Below are positions 10,217-19,290 of a stretch of 64,000 nucleotides of DNA, piece after piece. The position numbers were made by a program, and so were the translations under genes. The stretch is from Promethearchaeota archaeon (GTDB taxonomy: Archaea; Asgardarchaeota; Lokiarchaeia; Sigyniarchaeales; SOKP01). The stretch lies in NCBI GenBank assembly GCA_011364925.1, contig RDOA01000009.1, positions 1 to 64,000 on the forward strand. The letters run 5' to 3'. Within the stretch, counting starts at the first letter, position 1. Each line of letters opens with the position of its first letter. The notes under the pieces are model-generated. The model made no database searches, had not been told where the DNA came from, and saw nothing but the letters and a program-made list of their open reading frames with translations.

Positions 10217-11599
10217 CTACAAGCTGGATATTATTCCTCTGATGTTATTAATTCGCGAAGTGATTTCAACTAGTTGCTTTTTGAGAATATTATTTTGTCG
10301 CTTAAAATCAGCTTCAGAAATCGAACCTTTATTGTAATTCTTCTCAACATCTTTAAAATTTCTTTCTAAAGAGTACCGCCTTCCTTCAAGTGCTATAAGT
10401 TCTTGATAAAGTGCATCTTTATCGTTCGGAAGGTTGGTCAAATTTGGAGTTTCCAATTCTGGTTCAGAAGGTTGACTACTCTCATTAAAATTAATAAAAG
10501 GCATTGTTGCTGAATCTTTCGTATCTTTCTCCTTCTTTTTCTTCTTATCTTCTTTTTTCTTCTCTTCTGCTATGGAAGATTTTTCAGTTAATCCAATAAT
10601 TTCTTGCGGTCTTTCTTGAGGTTTTTCTTGTGGTTTTGTCCCTACAGACGAAAATACATTGAATAGGTCGGACCCACTTGATACTATTGATTCACTTTCG
10701 ATTTCTTCAATTTTTACGGCAGATATTTTAGGTATTTCTATTAAGAAAGGTTTTGACTCAGATGTTTCTGGTGTGGTTACTTCTTTTGGTTTCTCTGGCA
10801 CCACCGAAGTAATTTTCATCTTTCCTGTTGTGAGAGGTCTATCCTCTGATTCTTCAATGACTATAGTTTCGATACTTGGGCTCTTTTTAGTGATAGGAGT
10901 TAATTCTGATTCTTCAATGGGTAATGGCATTTCTTCTGTTTCAGTTGGAGTTGGAATTAACTGTTCTTTCATTGCTTCTTGTTCTTCGTCAACAATCTGA
11001 GTTGGCATAGTTGGGATCGACTCCAACTTTTCTCTAGGTGGTTTAGCAAGCTTTTTTATAGCTGGTATTTTTATAACAGGAGGGGGTAATTTTGCATTAG
11101 GATGAGGAGTTATTTTATGTACTTCTCGTTTACGAGTTGGATGGCTAAGGGATTCTTCTTTCTTCTCTAATTCTTTTTTCAAAGAGTCAATCGTTCCCTT
11201 TAATGTGTCAATTTCTCCTTTAAACTGTTCTGAAACTTTATTAAAAATATCTGTTAAATCTATTTCCGTGTCTCCGTTTATCTGTTCATCAGAAACCTCT
11301 TCTTCTTGAGGAATTTCGGGTTCAGGAGTTATGTTTAAAATCTTCATAATCTCAGACGGAAGCGTTGTTTCTGAAAACCAAAGATCTAATGTATCCCAAT
11401 CATTCAGCTGATGTAAGATCCCCTCAATGAATTTAACTTCTTCGGGATAATTACTGGAGTCTCTTAATTTATTGAATTGAGTAATTAACATATCTTTGGC
11501 TTCGATTTCGTCGTCTGGTGTAGGCTGTCCTTCTGTAAGAAATGTAAAAATCTCTTTGACCTCTTTTAACGCAGAATTATAGTCCTCTTGCTCTGTCAT
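10217..11599 (-). CDS. Coiled-coil/Pro-Glu-rich protein with C-terminal steadiness-box-like helical hairpin
   Basis: Long ORF; C-terminal LYQELIAL...LE...KGSISEADF pattern resembles the Vps23/TSG101 core. Confidence 0.6.
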   Translation of the reverse strand: MTEQEDYNSALKEVKEIFTFLTEGQPTPDDEIEAKDMLITQFNKLRDSSNYPEEVKFIEGILHQLNDWDTLDLWFSETTLPSEIMKILNITPEPEIPQEEEVSDEQINGDTEIDLTDIFNKVSEQFKGEIDTLKGTIDSLKKELEKKEESLSHPTRKREVHKITPHPNAKLPPPVIKIPAIKKLAKPPREKLESIPTMPTQIVDEEQEAMKEQLIPTPTETEEMPLPIEESELTPITKKSPSIETIVIEESEDRPLTTGKMKITSVVPEKPKEVTTPETSESKPFLIEIPKISAVKIEEIESESIVSSGSDLFNVFSSVGTKPQEKPQERPQEIIGLTEKSSIAEEKKKEDKKKKKEKDTKDSATMPFINFNESSQPSEPELETPNLTNLPNDKDALYQELIALEGRRYSLERNFKDVEKNYNKGSISEADFKRQNNILKKQLVEITSRINNIRGIISSL

Positions 11600-11922
11600 G
11601 AAATATAGTATTTTATTTTATTTTTTATTCCTAGGTATAGCTTTATATTTATGTATAAAAAAACTTTTCATTAATTTATTTTTTTGTATAGTACTCAAGA
11701 TTTTGATAAACTTGAAAATGATCCAACTTATTTTGAATCAATGAGAAAATCGCAAAGTAATTGCGATTGTGAATTTTTAATGAATGCTGCACTCTGGCTC
11801 CTAAACGAGGAGACTCCTTTGTAATTTTTTATTTAAAACTAGTTTATGTTACTATATAATAAGAGTATAATTATTTTGGGGCGATTAGATTCACAAGATT
11901 TGCTTAATCGTGAAGGAGATAA

Positions 11923-12321
11923 CTACACGCGTCTCCCGCGATGGCCTCCTTTACGTCTACAGTGGTCGTGAGATTTCGGGGTCACTTCTTCGATTCGCCC
12001 GACGCGCAAACCGGAACGCGCAAGCGCACGAATGCAAGCTTGAGCTCCTGGACCAGGGGTTTGGCTTTTGTTTCCGCCAGGTGCTCGAACTTTTATGTGG
12101 ATTCCATTTACTCCTTTATCTTTCAAGCCATTGGCTACTCGAAAACCGCATTGCATAGCTGCATAAGGATTAGATTCATCTCGGTCAGCTTTCACGACCA
12201 TTCCACCAGTGCATTTAGCGAATGTTTCGGCTCCGCTCAAATCTGTGGCTGTAACAATCGTATTGTTGTAGCTACTAAAGATATGAACGATTGCCCATTT
12301 ATCTTCTTGTTTTTTACTCAT
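11923..12321 (-). CDS. rps11: 30S ribosomal protein uS11
   Basis: [44 protein letters not shown]. Confidence 0.98.
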   Translation of the reverse strand: MSKKQEDKWAIVHIFSSYNNTIVTATDLSGAETFAKCTGGMVVKADRDESNPYAAMQCGFRVANGLKDKGVNGIHIKVRAPGGNKSQTPGPGAQACIRALARSGLRVGRIEEVTPKSHDHCRRKGGHRGRRV

Positions 12322-12333
12322 GGTTATTCCCTT

Positions 12334-12837
12334 TTACGCGTTTTCCTCCACAGCGGAGAGTGGACTTTTGGCGACAAACCCAACAAAATCCTCTTCATTC
12401 CTTTTTACAAGATAAGAAGGAGCGTTTACTTTTTTACCTCCAACTTGAATATGTCCATGAACGACAATCTGTCTTGCTTGATAAATCGTTTTAGCAAAAC
12501 CTTTCTCGAATACGATTGTTTGTAGTCTCCTTTTAAGGATATCTTCAACAGAGAGTAATAGTACGTCTTCGAATCCTGCTTCAGGACCCAAGACGCCAAG
12601 TTTAACTAGTTTCTTAATTAGTGTTTGCTGAACTTCTACGGCTTGTTCATGTGGTAACCTTCTTGATTGCCGAGCAATGTCTCGCCAATTTCCTAACATG
12701 GTTCGCATTTTCCAGAACTCGCGTTTGTTTCTAAGTCCATATTTACCTAAGAATTCGAGCTCTTCTCGCAACCTATCTTGTTGAAACGGATGTTTTGGTT
12801 TTTTAAACTTTTTCTTTAACCTTCTTGGATCTCCGAT
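12334..12837 (-). CDS. rps4: 30S ribosomal protein uS4 (start extended to ATC at 12837)
   Basis: YGLRNKRE, RRLQTIV, QARQIVVHGHI; conserved N-terminus (I)GDPRRLKKKFKKPKHPF lies in frame upstream of the ORF-track start; SD AGGTGA 6 nt before ATC. Confidence 0.95.
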   Translation of the reverse strand: MGDPRRLKKKFKKPKHPFQQDRLREELEFLGKYGLRNKREFWKMRTMLGNWRDIARQSRRLPHEQAVEVQQTLIKKLVKLGVLGPEAGFEDVLLLSVEDILKRRLQTIVFEKGFAKTIYQARQIVVHGHIQVGGKKVNAPSYLVKRNEEDFVGFVAKSPLSAVEENA

Positions 12838-12848
12838 TTTGCATCACC

Positions 12849-13334
12849 TTACTTTTGACCTAGGCTTCTCTTTTTTCGTACAACGCCAACGACTAATCCG
12901 TGGCGTCCGGTGCTCTTAGTTTTTTGGCCTCTTACTTTCAATCCTCGATGGTGTCGAACGCCTTTATAGCTTCGTATCCGTTTCATTCTATCTATATCGC
13001 GTTTCACGGATAATTCGAGTTTATTTCCAATGATGTGTAAATTCTCTCCAGAAACCAAGTCATTCTTTCGGTTTACCATCCAAGCGGGGACTCCATTACC
13101 TACGGGATCTAATATGATTTCTTCAAGCCTATTCAAATCTTTTTCGGGGATAGCCCCCATTCTCATGCTAGGATTGATTTCAGCAATCTTGATTATCGCC
13201 TGAGCGAATCTTCTTCCAATTCCACTTATTTCGGTTAATCCATGTTCTACTTTAGCGTTCCCATCCACTTGGGATCTGAGTTTTCTGAAAAAAACTTTTT
13301 CTCGAAAGTTGCTTGGTCTTGTTGTTAGGCTCAT
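12849..13334 (-). CDS. rps13: 30S ribosomal protein uS13
   Basis: ISGIGRRFA, VPAWMVNR, YKGVRHHRGLKVRGQKTKSTGR. Confidence 0.98.
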   Translation of the reverse strand: MSLTTRPSNFREKVFFRKLRSQVDGNAKVEHGLTEISGIGRRFAQAIIKIAEINPSMRMGAIPEKDLNRLEEIILDPVGNGVPAWMVNRKNDLVSGENLHIIGNKLELSVKRDIDRMKRIRSYKGVRHHRGLKVRGQKTKSTGRHGLVVGVVRKKRSLGQK

Positions 13335-13449
13335 TTTACTGAAAATTTATTACTAAAAGATATAATTCTTAATATAAAATTTAATATTAATTTTATGGTT
13401 TAGGATGAGAGAAGGAATAATTAAGAAAAAATCTGAGAAAGTCGATTAT

Positions 13450-14937
13450 CTAATAGTGAGGATACCTAAGATTTTCGGTTTTTTTCTCATCGATATGTTT
13501 AGTACATTTGGTTTTCTTTGATTTGGCGATCTTTTCAAGGAGTGGTAATCCCGGTTTAACATCAGCTAATGGTTTTGATTCGATTAAATCGTTCTCTATT
13601 AGACTTTGATATAGTTCTTTTCCAGTTTCAGTTCTAATAAGCACGGAATTCCATCCGGAGGGAGATCCTATAGACCCTATTGAAATGTCAGCAGATTCGG
13701 AAGTTAAGTCAAAGCAAACTTCACAGTCTCCTCGAGCTAAATGTCCAATCTCCTTAATTGGAACTGTTAATTCTTCACCAGAATTTGAATAGACAAAAAA
13801 CTTGCCTTTATTGATATTGGTTTTTTTTACATCCTTTACATCTACTTTTAGAGCTTCACAGATTTTTACGAAGGATTCATATGAAAAAGACTCCATGCAA
13901 AAGATCCCAATACGATATTTAATTTGATTTAGCGATGGTATTCCAATGTTGTAAATTGAAGATTTTAGGAGCGCTTGCATCATGCAAGGAACTCCTACAA
14001 CAGCGAGATTTGAAGGACTTTTATTAAGATCTTTTAAAATTTTTAAATTAGGGTTACTTACGTATTTAGTCCCTGTAGTTGAGAGTACATCTTCTTTTTT
14101 CTGAAGGATTATTGGTTCTGGTCTCCAAGGAGTTCTACTCATTTTCGCTCCTAAAGCCTTATCAATATTCTTAGAATCAAAAAGGTAATATAAACATGTG
14201 CTTGTAATTCCTCCATCCTGACAAGTTTCCGCTATTTCGGATAATTTAGTTCGAGCAGAATACGCTTCTAAGTAATGACCTACTTGCGAATAATTTTTTA
14301 TTTCTGAAGCTTGATCTTGGGTCATGTTTAAAACAGTCACCGGCAAATAGCTACGAGGACATACAAAATAACATAGACCACATCTGATACACTTGTCCTC
14401 ATCAATTTTTCCGAAACCATTATATATCTCTAAGCAATTAACGGGACAAATACCGGCGCATAATCCACATCCAGAGCAATTATGAGTTTCAAAAATAGTT
14501 TTAACTGGCTCATAAATTGATTTTACTCTTGACGGATCACCATCAAATTTCACAATATCTAAATCCTTAAAGGAACTTGATTCAGGTGTGTTTTCATCCC
14601 CTTCAATTATATCATAAATTTCATTCACTCCAATTAGCTTCTCGTTTTTCAATAATTCTAATAGGCTTAATGTCTTTCTAATTTCAATAGAATTTTCTTC
14701 GGAGAATTTTCTAATTGTTTTGAAATTATTAGAATTAGATAAATAATTGAAAAGTTTATATTTCAAGAGTTCTTCATCGAACATTTTAAACAACATTTCA
14801 TCATATTGTTCCTCGTTGTAAATCCCAGAACCCAAAATTTCCTTTTTTGCGTCAATTAATACGCGGATTCGATACGAATCTACAGTAATGGCTATTGCAT
14901 TTAAGCCTTCCTTTGTAATTTTAAGTTTAGAACTCAT
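13450..14937 (-). CDS. FrhB/FpoF-like F420-dependent oxidoreductase subunit with ferredoxin domain and extra N-terminal domain
   Basis: Two CxxCxxCxxxCP motifs, QDGGITS, GTKY, VGVPC, IGIFCMESF, CEVC.D...ADISIGSIG. Confidence 0.88.
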   Translation of the reverse strand: MSSKLKITKEGLNAIAITVDSYRIRVLIDAKKEILGSGIYNEEQYDEMLFKMFDEELLKYKLFNYLSNSNNFKTIRKFSEENSIEIRKTLSLLELLKNEKLIGVNEIYDIIEGDENTPESSSFKDLDIVKFDGDPSRVKSIYEPVKTIFETHNCSGCGLCAGICPVNCLEIYNGFGKIDEDKCIRCGLCYFVCPRSYLPVTVLNMTQDQASEIKNYSQVGHYLEAYSARTKLSEIAETCQDGGITSTCLYYLFDSKNIDKALGAKMSRTPWRPEPIILQKKEDVLSTTGTKYVSNPNLKILKDLNKSPSNLAVVGVPCMMQALLKSSIYNIGIPSLNQIKYRIGIFCMESFSYESFVKICEALKVDVKDVKKTNINKGKFFVYSNSGEELTVPIKEIGHLARGDCEVCFDLTSESADISIGSIGSPSGWNSVLIRTETGKELYQSLIENDLIESKPLADVKPGLPLLEKIAKSKKTKCTKHIDEKKTENLRYPHY

Positions 14938-14998
14938 TTTTATTTAACATTAGGTTGTTTTAATATTATAACTAACACTCCGAAAACTCAGGCTGTGA

Positions 14999-15043
14999 GT
15001 TAGTCGCCTTCTAACTACAGTTTTTTAGAAGGGTCATCCTAAT
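14999..15043 (-). promoter_or_regulatory. SECIS element (eukaryote-like AUGA/AA/GA)
   Basis: Minus strand UUAGG-AUGAC-CCUUCUAA-AAAACUGUAG-UUAGAAGG-CGAC-UAA: GA quartet, perfect 8-bp helix, A-rich loop; about 20 nt after the stop of a UGA-containing gene. Confidence 0.88.
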
Positions 15044-15056
15044 TCGGATTAATTTT

Positions 15057-15467
15057 TTATTTTGGTAGAGGAGGGAGTTGTTCTACTTTACGGGTAATAT
15101 CTTCCACTGATTTAATGAACTTTTCGACTTCAGCCGCCGAGCAGAAATATTGTTGAATTCGTTCTTCTTCTAGACCTAAGTGTTTGAAGAGTCTTTTTAA
15201 AAATTTTACATGCTCAAACGTGTTCGTATTTCCATTTCCAAATTCGCACTCACCTTCTTTTCAAGAAATAATGGCTACTCCGTCTGCCCCATTTAAAAAA
15301 CTCTCCATTATTAAATGTATTCCAACTCTTCCCGTACATCTTACTCTAATCAGGTGAAAATTAGTAGAATAAGATTTTCTCGTGGTACCCGTCAGATCAG
15401 CTGCTGAATAACCTCATTTTTCGCAGCCAAAGGCTATAATTTTACGATCTTTTATGTTTTCTGACAT
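15057..15467 (-). CDS. mvhD: Hydrogenase iron-sulfur subunit MvhD/VhuD, selenoprotein (Sec18, Sec69), 136 aa
   Basis: Manual translation MSENIKDRKIIAFGCEKUGYSAADLTG...IRVRCTGRV...GADGVAIISUKEGECEFGNGN...LGLEEERI...SAAE; TGA at 15414-15416 and 15261-15263 fall on conserved Cys positions; not in the ORF track. Confidence 0.93.
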
Positions 15468-15488
15468 AATTTATTTTCTCGTGTTTTT

Positions 15489-17489
15489 CTAATTTTCCAT
15501 TTTAGTAGATTTTTTTGGAATGTTTTCAATTTCAGCTTTACCGATTCCCTTGATTTCAGCTTCGAATTGATTGTCTCGATAGTATTTTAAATCAATTGCC
15601 CTCGCAGGGCATGAGGATACACAAACTCCACATCCTTTACATTTTAGCTCGTTTACTATTGCTATATTGTCTTCACCAACACTAATTGCTTCATACTCAC
15701 ATAGTTTTTCGCATCTATGACAGCCCAAACATAGATTCTCATCAACTTCTGCGATAATTAATTCTTGTGTAATAGTTTTATGGGAAAGTAAGGCTGCAGC
15801 CTTACTTGCAGCTGCTAACGCTGTAGAAACGGAATAAGGAATGTTTTTTGGACCGGCAGCGCTTCCACAGATATAAATACCCATGTTTTTTGTCTCTTGA
15901 GGTTTCAAGCACCCATGGATTTCGGTTAAGAAGCCGTTCGGACCCTTACTTAAACCTAAAACTTCGATTGCCTCCATGGTTCCTTTCGAAGGGTTCATTC
16001 CTGTTGACAATACTACTAGATCTGCTTTTATTTTAGTTAATTCTCCAGTAAGAGAAGAATATGCTCGTACCATTAAATTGTGATTTTCGTCCTCAATAAC
16101 TTCTCCTACTTTTCCCCTAATCATTCTAACATCCGCTTCTCTAATTTTTCTATAATATTCCTCGTTACCTTTATCTGTAGTTCTAATGTCGATATAAAAA
16201 ATTATAACATCCATTTCCGGGTATTCTTGTTTCAATAATTGAGCATTCTTAAGCGCTACATTACAACATACCATAGAGCAGTAGGGATTGGCTTTTAAAT
16301 CTCTAGAACCTACACACTGGATCATGACGACAGTTTTTGGCGTTTTTCCATCAGACATTCTATATATATGGCCCCCAGTTGGTCCTATAGGACTTAACAT
16401 GCTTTCTAGTTCAATTTGAGTGATGACATTTGGGTAGATCCCGTAATTATATTCGTTAGTCTCGATTATTGGATACTCATCATATCCCGTTGCAACAATT
16501 ACAGCACCCACTTTAACTTCGATTGTTTCGGGTTCTTGTTCAAATTTAATAGCTTCCGCAGGACACACGCGTTCTCAACTTTTACAATCAATACAGACAC
16601 TTTTATCCATTACTGCATATTTTGGAACTGCTTGGGGAAACGGAATATAAATCGCTCCTCTTTCGCCAATTCCGTTATAAAATTCATTTGGCACCTTTAT
16701 CGGACAGTTTTCAGTACATAATCCACATCCTGTGCATTTGCTTTCATCAACATACCTTGGATTTTTACGGATTTTAACTTTATAATCACCTGTAATACCA
16801 CTAAACCCGATTACATCACTATACGTCAGTAATGTTATGTTAGGATGCTTCGACGCGTTAACCATTATGGGAGCAAGAACTCATATACCACAATCATCAG
16901 TGGGATATATCCGATCTAATTGAGCCATTTTTCCTCCTACAGTAGCTGCTTTTTCCACCAAATACACTTGTATTCCGTGATCTGCCAAATCTAATGCTGC
17001 GTTCATCCCAGCAATTCCAGCCCCCACGATTAAAGCAGCTCTTTCAACAGGAATCTCTTTATAAGGGACGCTCTCCAATTCTCTTGCTCTGTTTATGCCG
17101 GCTCGAATTAAACGTTTTGCTTTTTCTGTAGCATGTTCCATGTCTCCTTGATGAACAAAAGAGCATTGTTCTCGTAAATTTACCATTTCAAAATAGTACG
17201 GACTTAAACCTGCTTCTTTTAACACGGCTCTATATGTGGGTTCGTGAATCTTAGGAGTGCAAGCTGCAACAACAATTCTGTTCAAACTTAATTCTAATAT
17301 ATCGTTTTTAATGATTTGTTGTCCAGGATCGCTACAAGTAAAATTATTTGTTCTTGCTATAACTACATTAGGTAATGGTTCAACAAAATCTCTAACAGCA
17401 TCGCAATCAAGGTGAGCTCCAATATTAACACCTCATCTACACACATAAACTCCTATTCTTATTTCGTCAATGGTCTGCTTTTCAGACAA
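15489..17489 (-). CDS. hdrA: Heterodisulfide reductase subunit A, selenoprotein (Sec19, Sec203, Sec305), 666 aa
   Basis: Three ORF-track fragments plus an N-terminal piece share one frame, separated only by TGA at 17433-17435 (VYVCRUG), 16881-16883 (DCGIUVLAP) and 16575-16577 (CIDCKSUERVCP); TTG start behind SD AGGTGA; GAGIAG FAD motif, QCVGSRD, CSMVCC. Confidence 0.95.
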
Positions 17490-17723
17490 TTAGTTCACCT
17501 TAAATTAAAACATCTCCATGAAAATTATTTCAGTTTGCTTCGGTTTAATAATTTAATTAAATTCAATTGTGTTTGGAAATTATTGAATTAATTTATTTTT
17601 TCTGGTTAATTTCAACCGTATAATATTTTGTCACCGATTTAGTCCAAAATCGATATAAAAAATCATTTCAATTCTTGAATTCTATCTCATTAACTTTTTT
17701 ATGGAGCTTTCATTACACTTAGT

Positions 17724-17909
17724 ATGGTGGAGCAAGAAGAAAACAAAAAAGAAGAGTTCGCCAGAGAATTTATGACCGAAGAAGGCTTGAAAGGGAAAGC
17801 AAAACGAATAAAAATCATGAAAATTATTGATAAAGTGGGATACGATAAAGATAAAGTTAGAGTGGCATATTTACGGGCAACTATTTCTGAAAGAATTCAC
17901 CATGAATAA
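17724..17909 (+). CDS. Small hypothetical protein
   Basis: 61-aa charged ORF on the same strand as and upstream of serS. Confidence 0.65.
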   Translation: MVEQEENKKEEFAREFMTEEGLKGKAKRIKIMKIIDKVGYDKDKVRVAYLRATISERIHHE

Positions 17910-17988
17910 TTCCACTGTCTTTTAACACATAATTATTATTTTCATAAATTTTTAATATTTTAATTTAATATTTTAAAGAGAGTAAATC

Positions 17989-19272
17989 TTGCGAGACATC
18001 GAAGAATTTAGAAATAATCTGAAAAAAATTATTGAAACGGAAAAACGAAGGTTTAAGGATCCAACTAACGCTGAAAAAGTTTTAGAATACGATAAATTAT
18101 GGAGAAATGTTTTACAAGAAATTCAAGATTTAAGGCAGAAAAGAAACGAGATTTCTAGTCAAATAAATGTATACAAGAAAGAAGGGGACATTGAAAAAAC
18201 TAATCAAGCAATAGCGGATTCAATCCAGATTAAAGAGAAACTAGAAGATTTAGAAAAAAAAAGTGTAGAATACCTAGAAAAAAGAGATACTTTGCGATAC
18301 ACCATCGGAAACGACTTGCACAAGTCCGTTCCAACTGGTGAGACTGAAGAAAGCAATAAAGTCGTGAGAGAATTCGGTAAAATCTCAGAATACGATTTTC
18401 AGCCTATGTCTCATGTAGATTTAATCCAAGAAATAAATGGAGCTGACATAAAGAAAGCCTCAGAAGTGGTAGGATCAAGATTTTATTATCTAAAAGGTGA
18501 TATCGTACTCCTTAATTTAGCACTTCTCAGATTCGCTTTGGACAAATTAATTAGTAAGGGGTATTACCCATTATGGACTCCATTCTTCATCAAGCACGAA
18601 GTTATGAAAGCAGCAGCTGAGTTAGCAGATTTTGAAGAACAATTGTACAAAATTAATGATGAAGATATTTTTATGATTGCTACTTCTGAACAAACTTTAG
18701 CAGCATATCACTATGATGAAATTTTAAATCCAGATTTACTTCCATTAAAGTACGCAGGTATTTCATCGTGTTTTAGAAGAGAAGCCGGCTCACATGGAAA
18801 GGACACATTAGGAATCTTTAGAGTACATCAATTTGAAAAAGTTGAACAGTTTGTTTTCTGTAAACCAGAAAATTCTTGGACGATATTCGAAGAGCTAATA
18901 TCAAATGCAGAAGAGATTTATCGCGAACTGAAAATTCCCTATCGAATTGTAAACATTGCTTCTGGAGAGTTAAACGATAACGCAGCGATGAAATACGATC
19001 TTGAAGCGTGGTTTCCTGCCTCGAATATGTATCGAGAGCTCGTTTCATGCAGCAATTGTTTGGATTACCAAGCTAGAAAATTAAAAGTACGAATAGGGAA
19101 AGTAGGATCAACACAAAAAAAAGAAATTGCTCATACGCTTAATTGCACAGCGATTGCTACAGAACGAACGATTTGCTGCATTTTGGAAAATTATCAAAAT
19201 AAGAATGGAACAGTTTCAGTTCCAGAAGTCCTTCAAAAATATATGAATGGAAAAAAATTTATAAATTTATAA
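17989..19272 (+). CDS. serS: Serine--tRNA ligase
   Basis: ATSEQ, CFRREAGSHGKDTLGIFRVHQFEKVEQF, KYDLEAWFP, ELVSCSNC. Confidence 0.97.
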   Translation: MRDIEEFRNNLKKIIETEKRRFKDPTNAEKVLEYDKLWRNVLQEIQDLRQKRNEISSQINVYKKEGDIEKTNQAIADSIQIKEKLEDLEKKSVEYLEKRDTLRYTIGNDLHKSVPTGETEESNKVVREFGKISEYDFQPMSHVDLIQEINGADIKKASEVVGSRFYYLKGDIVLLNLALLRFALDKLISKGYYPLWTPFFIKHEVMKAAAELADFEEQLYKINDEDIFMIATSEQTLAAYHYDEILNPDLLPLKYAGISSCFRREAGSHGKDTLGIFRVHQFEKVEQFVFCKPENSWTIFEELISNAEEIYRELKIPYRIVNIASGELNDNAAMKYDLEAWFPASNMYRELVSCSNCLDYQARKLKVRIGKVGSTQKKEIAHTLNCTAIATERTICCILENYQNKNGTVSVPEVLQKYMNGKKFINL

Positions 19273-19290
19273 CGCAACATTAACCTAAAA

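Noticed and set aside
11741-11773. SECIS-like ATGA...hairpin...TGA on the + strand
   Set aside because: Stem is asymmetric relative to the core, and there is no + strand UGA-containing gene upstream
11910-12525. + strand ORFs of 82, 194 and 67 aa
   Set aside because: Antisense shadows of rps11 and rps4; the other short overlapping ORFs in the track were rejected for the same reason
15489-17489. hdrA as a pseudogene or as three separate genes
   Set aside because: All breaks are in-frame TGA at conserved Cys positions, there are no frameshifts, and a SECIS is present
17631-17666. Second SECIS upstream of hdrA (ATGA...ATCGATTT/AAATCGGT...GA)
   Set aside because: ATGA is offset by about 7 nt from the stem and the loop lacks the A-run; more likely a DNA palindrome or chance
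17989-19272. serS as a dedicated part of the Sec operon
   Set aside because: SerRS does charge tRNA-Sec, but it is a divergent housekeeping gene; adjacency alone is not evidence without synteny data
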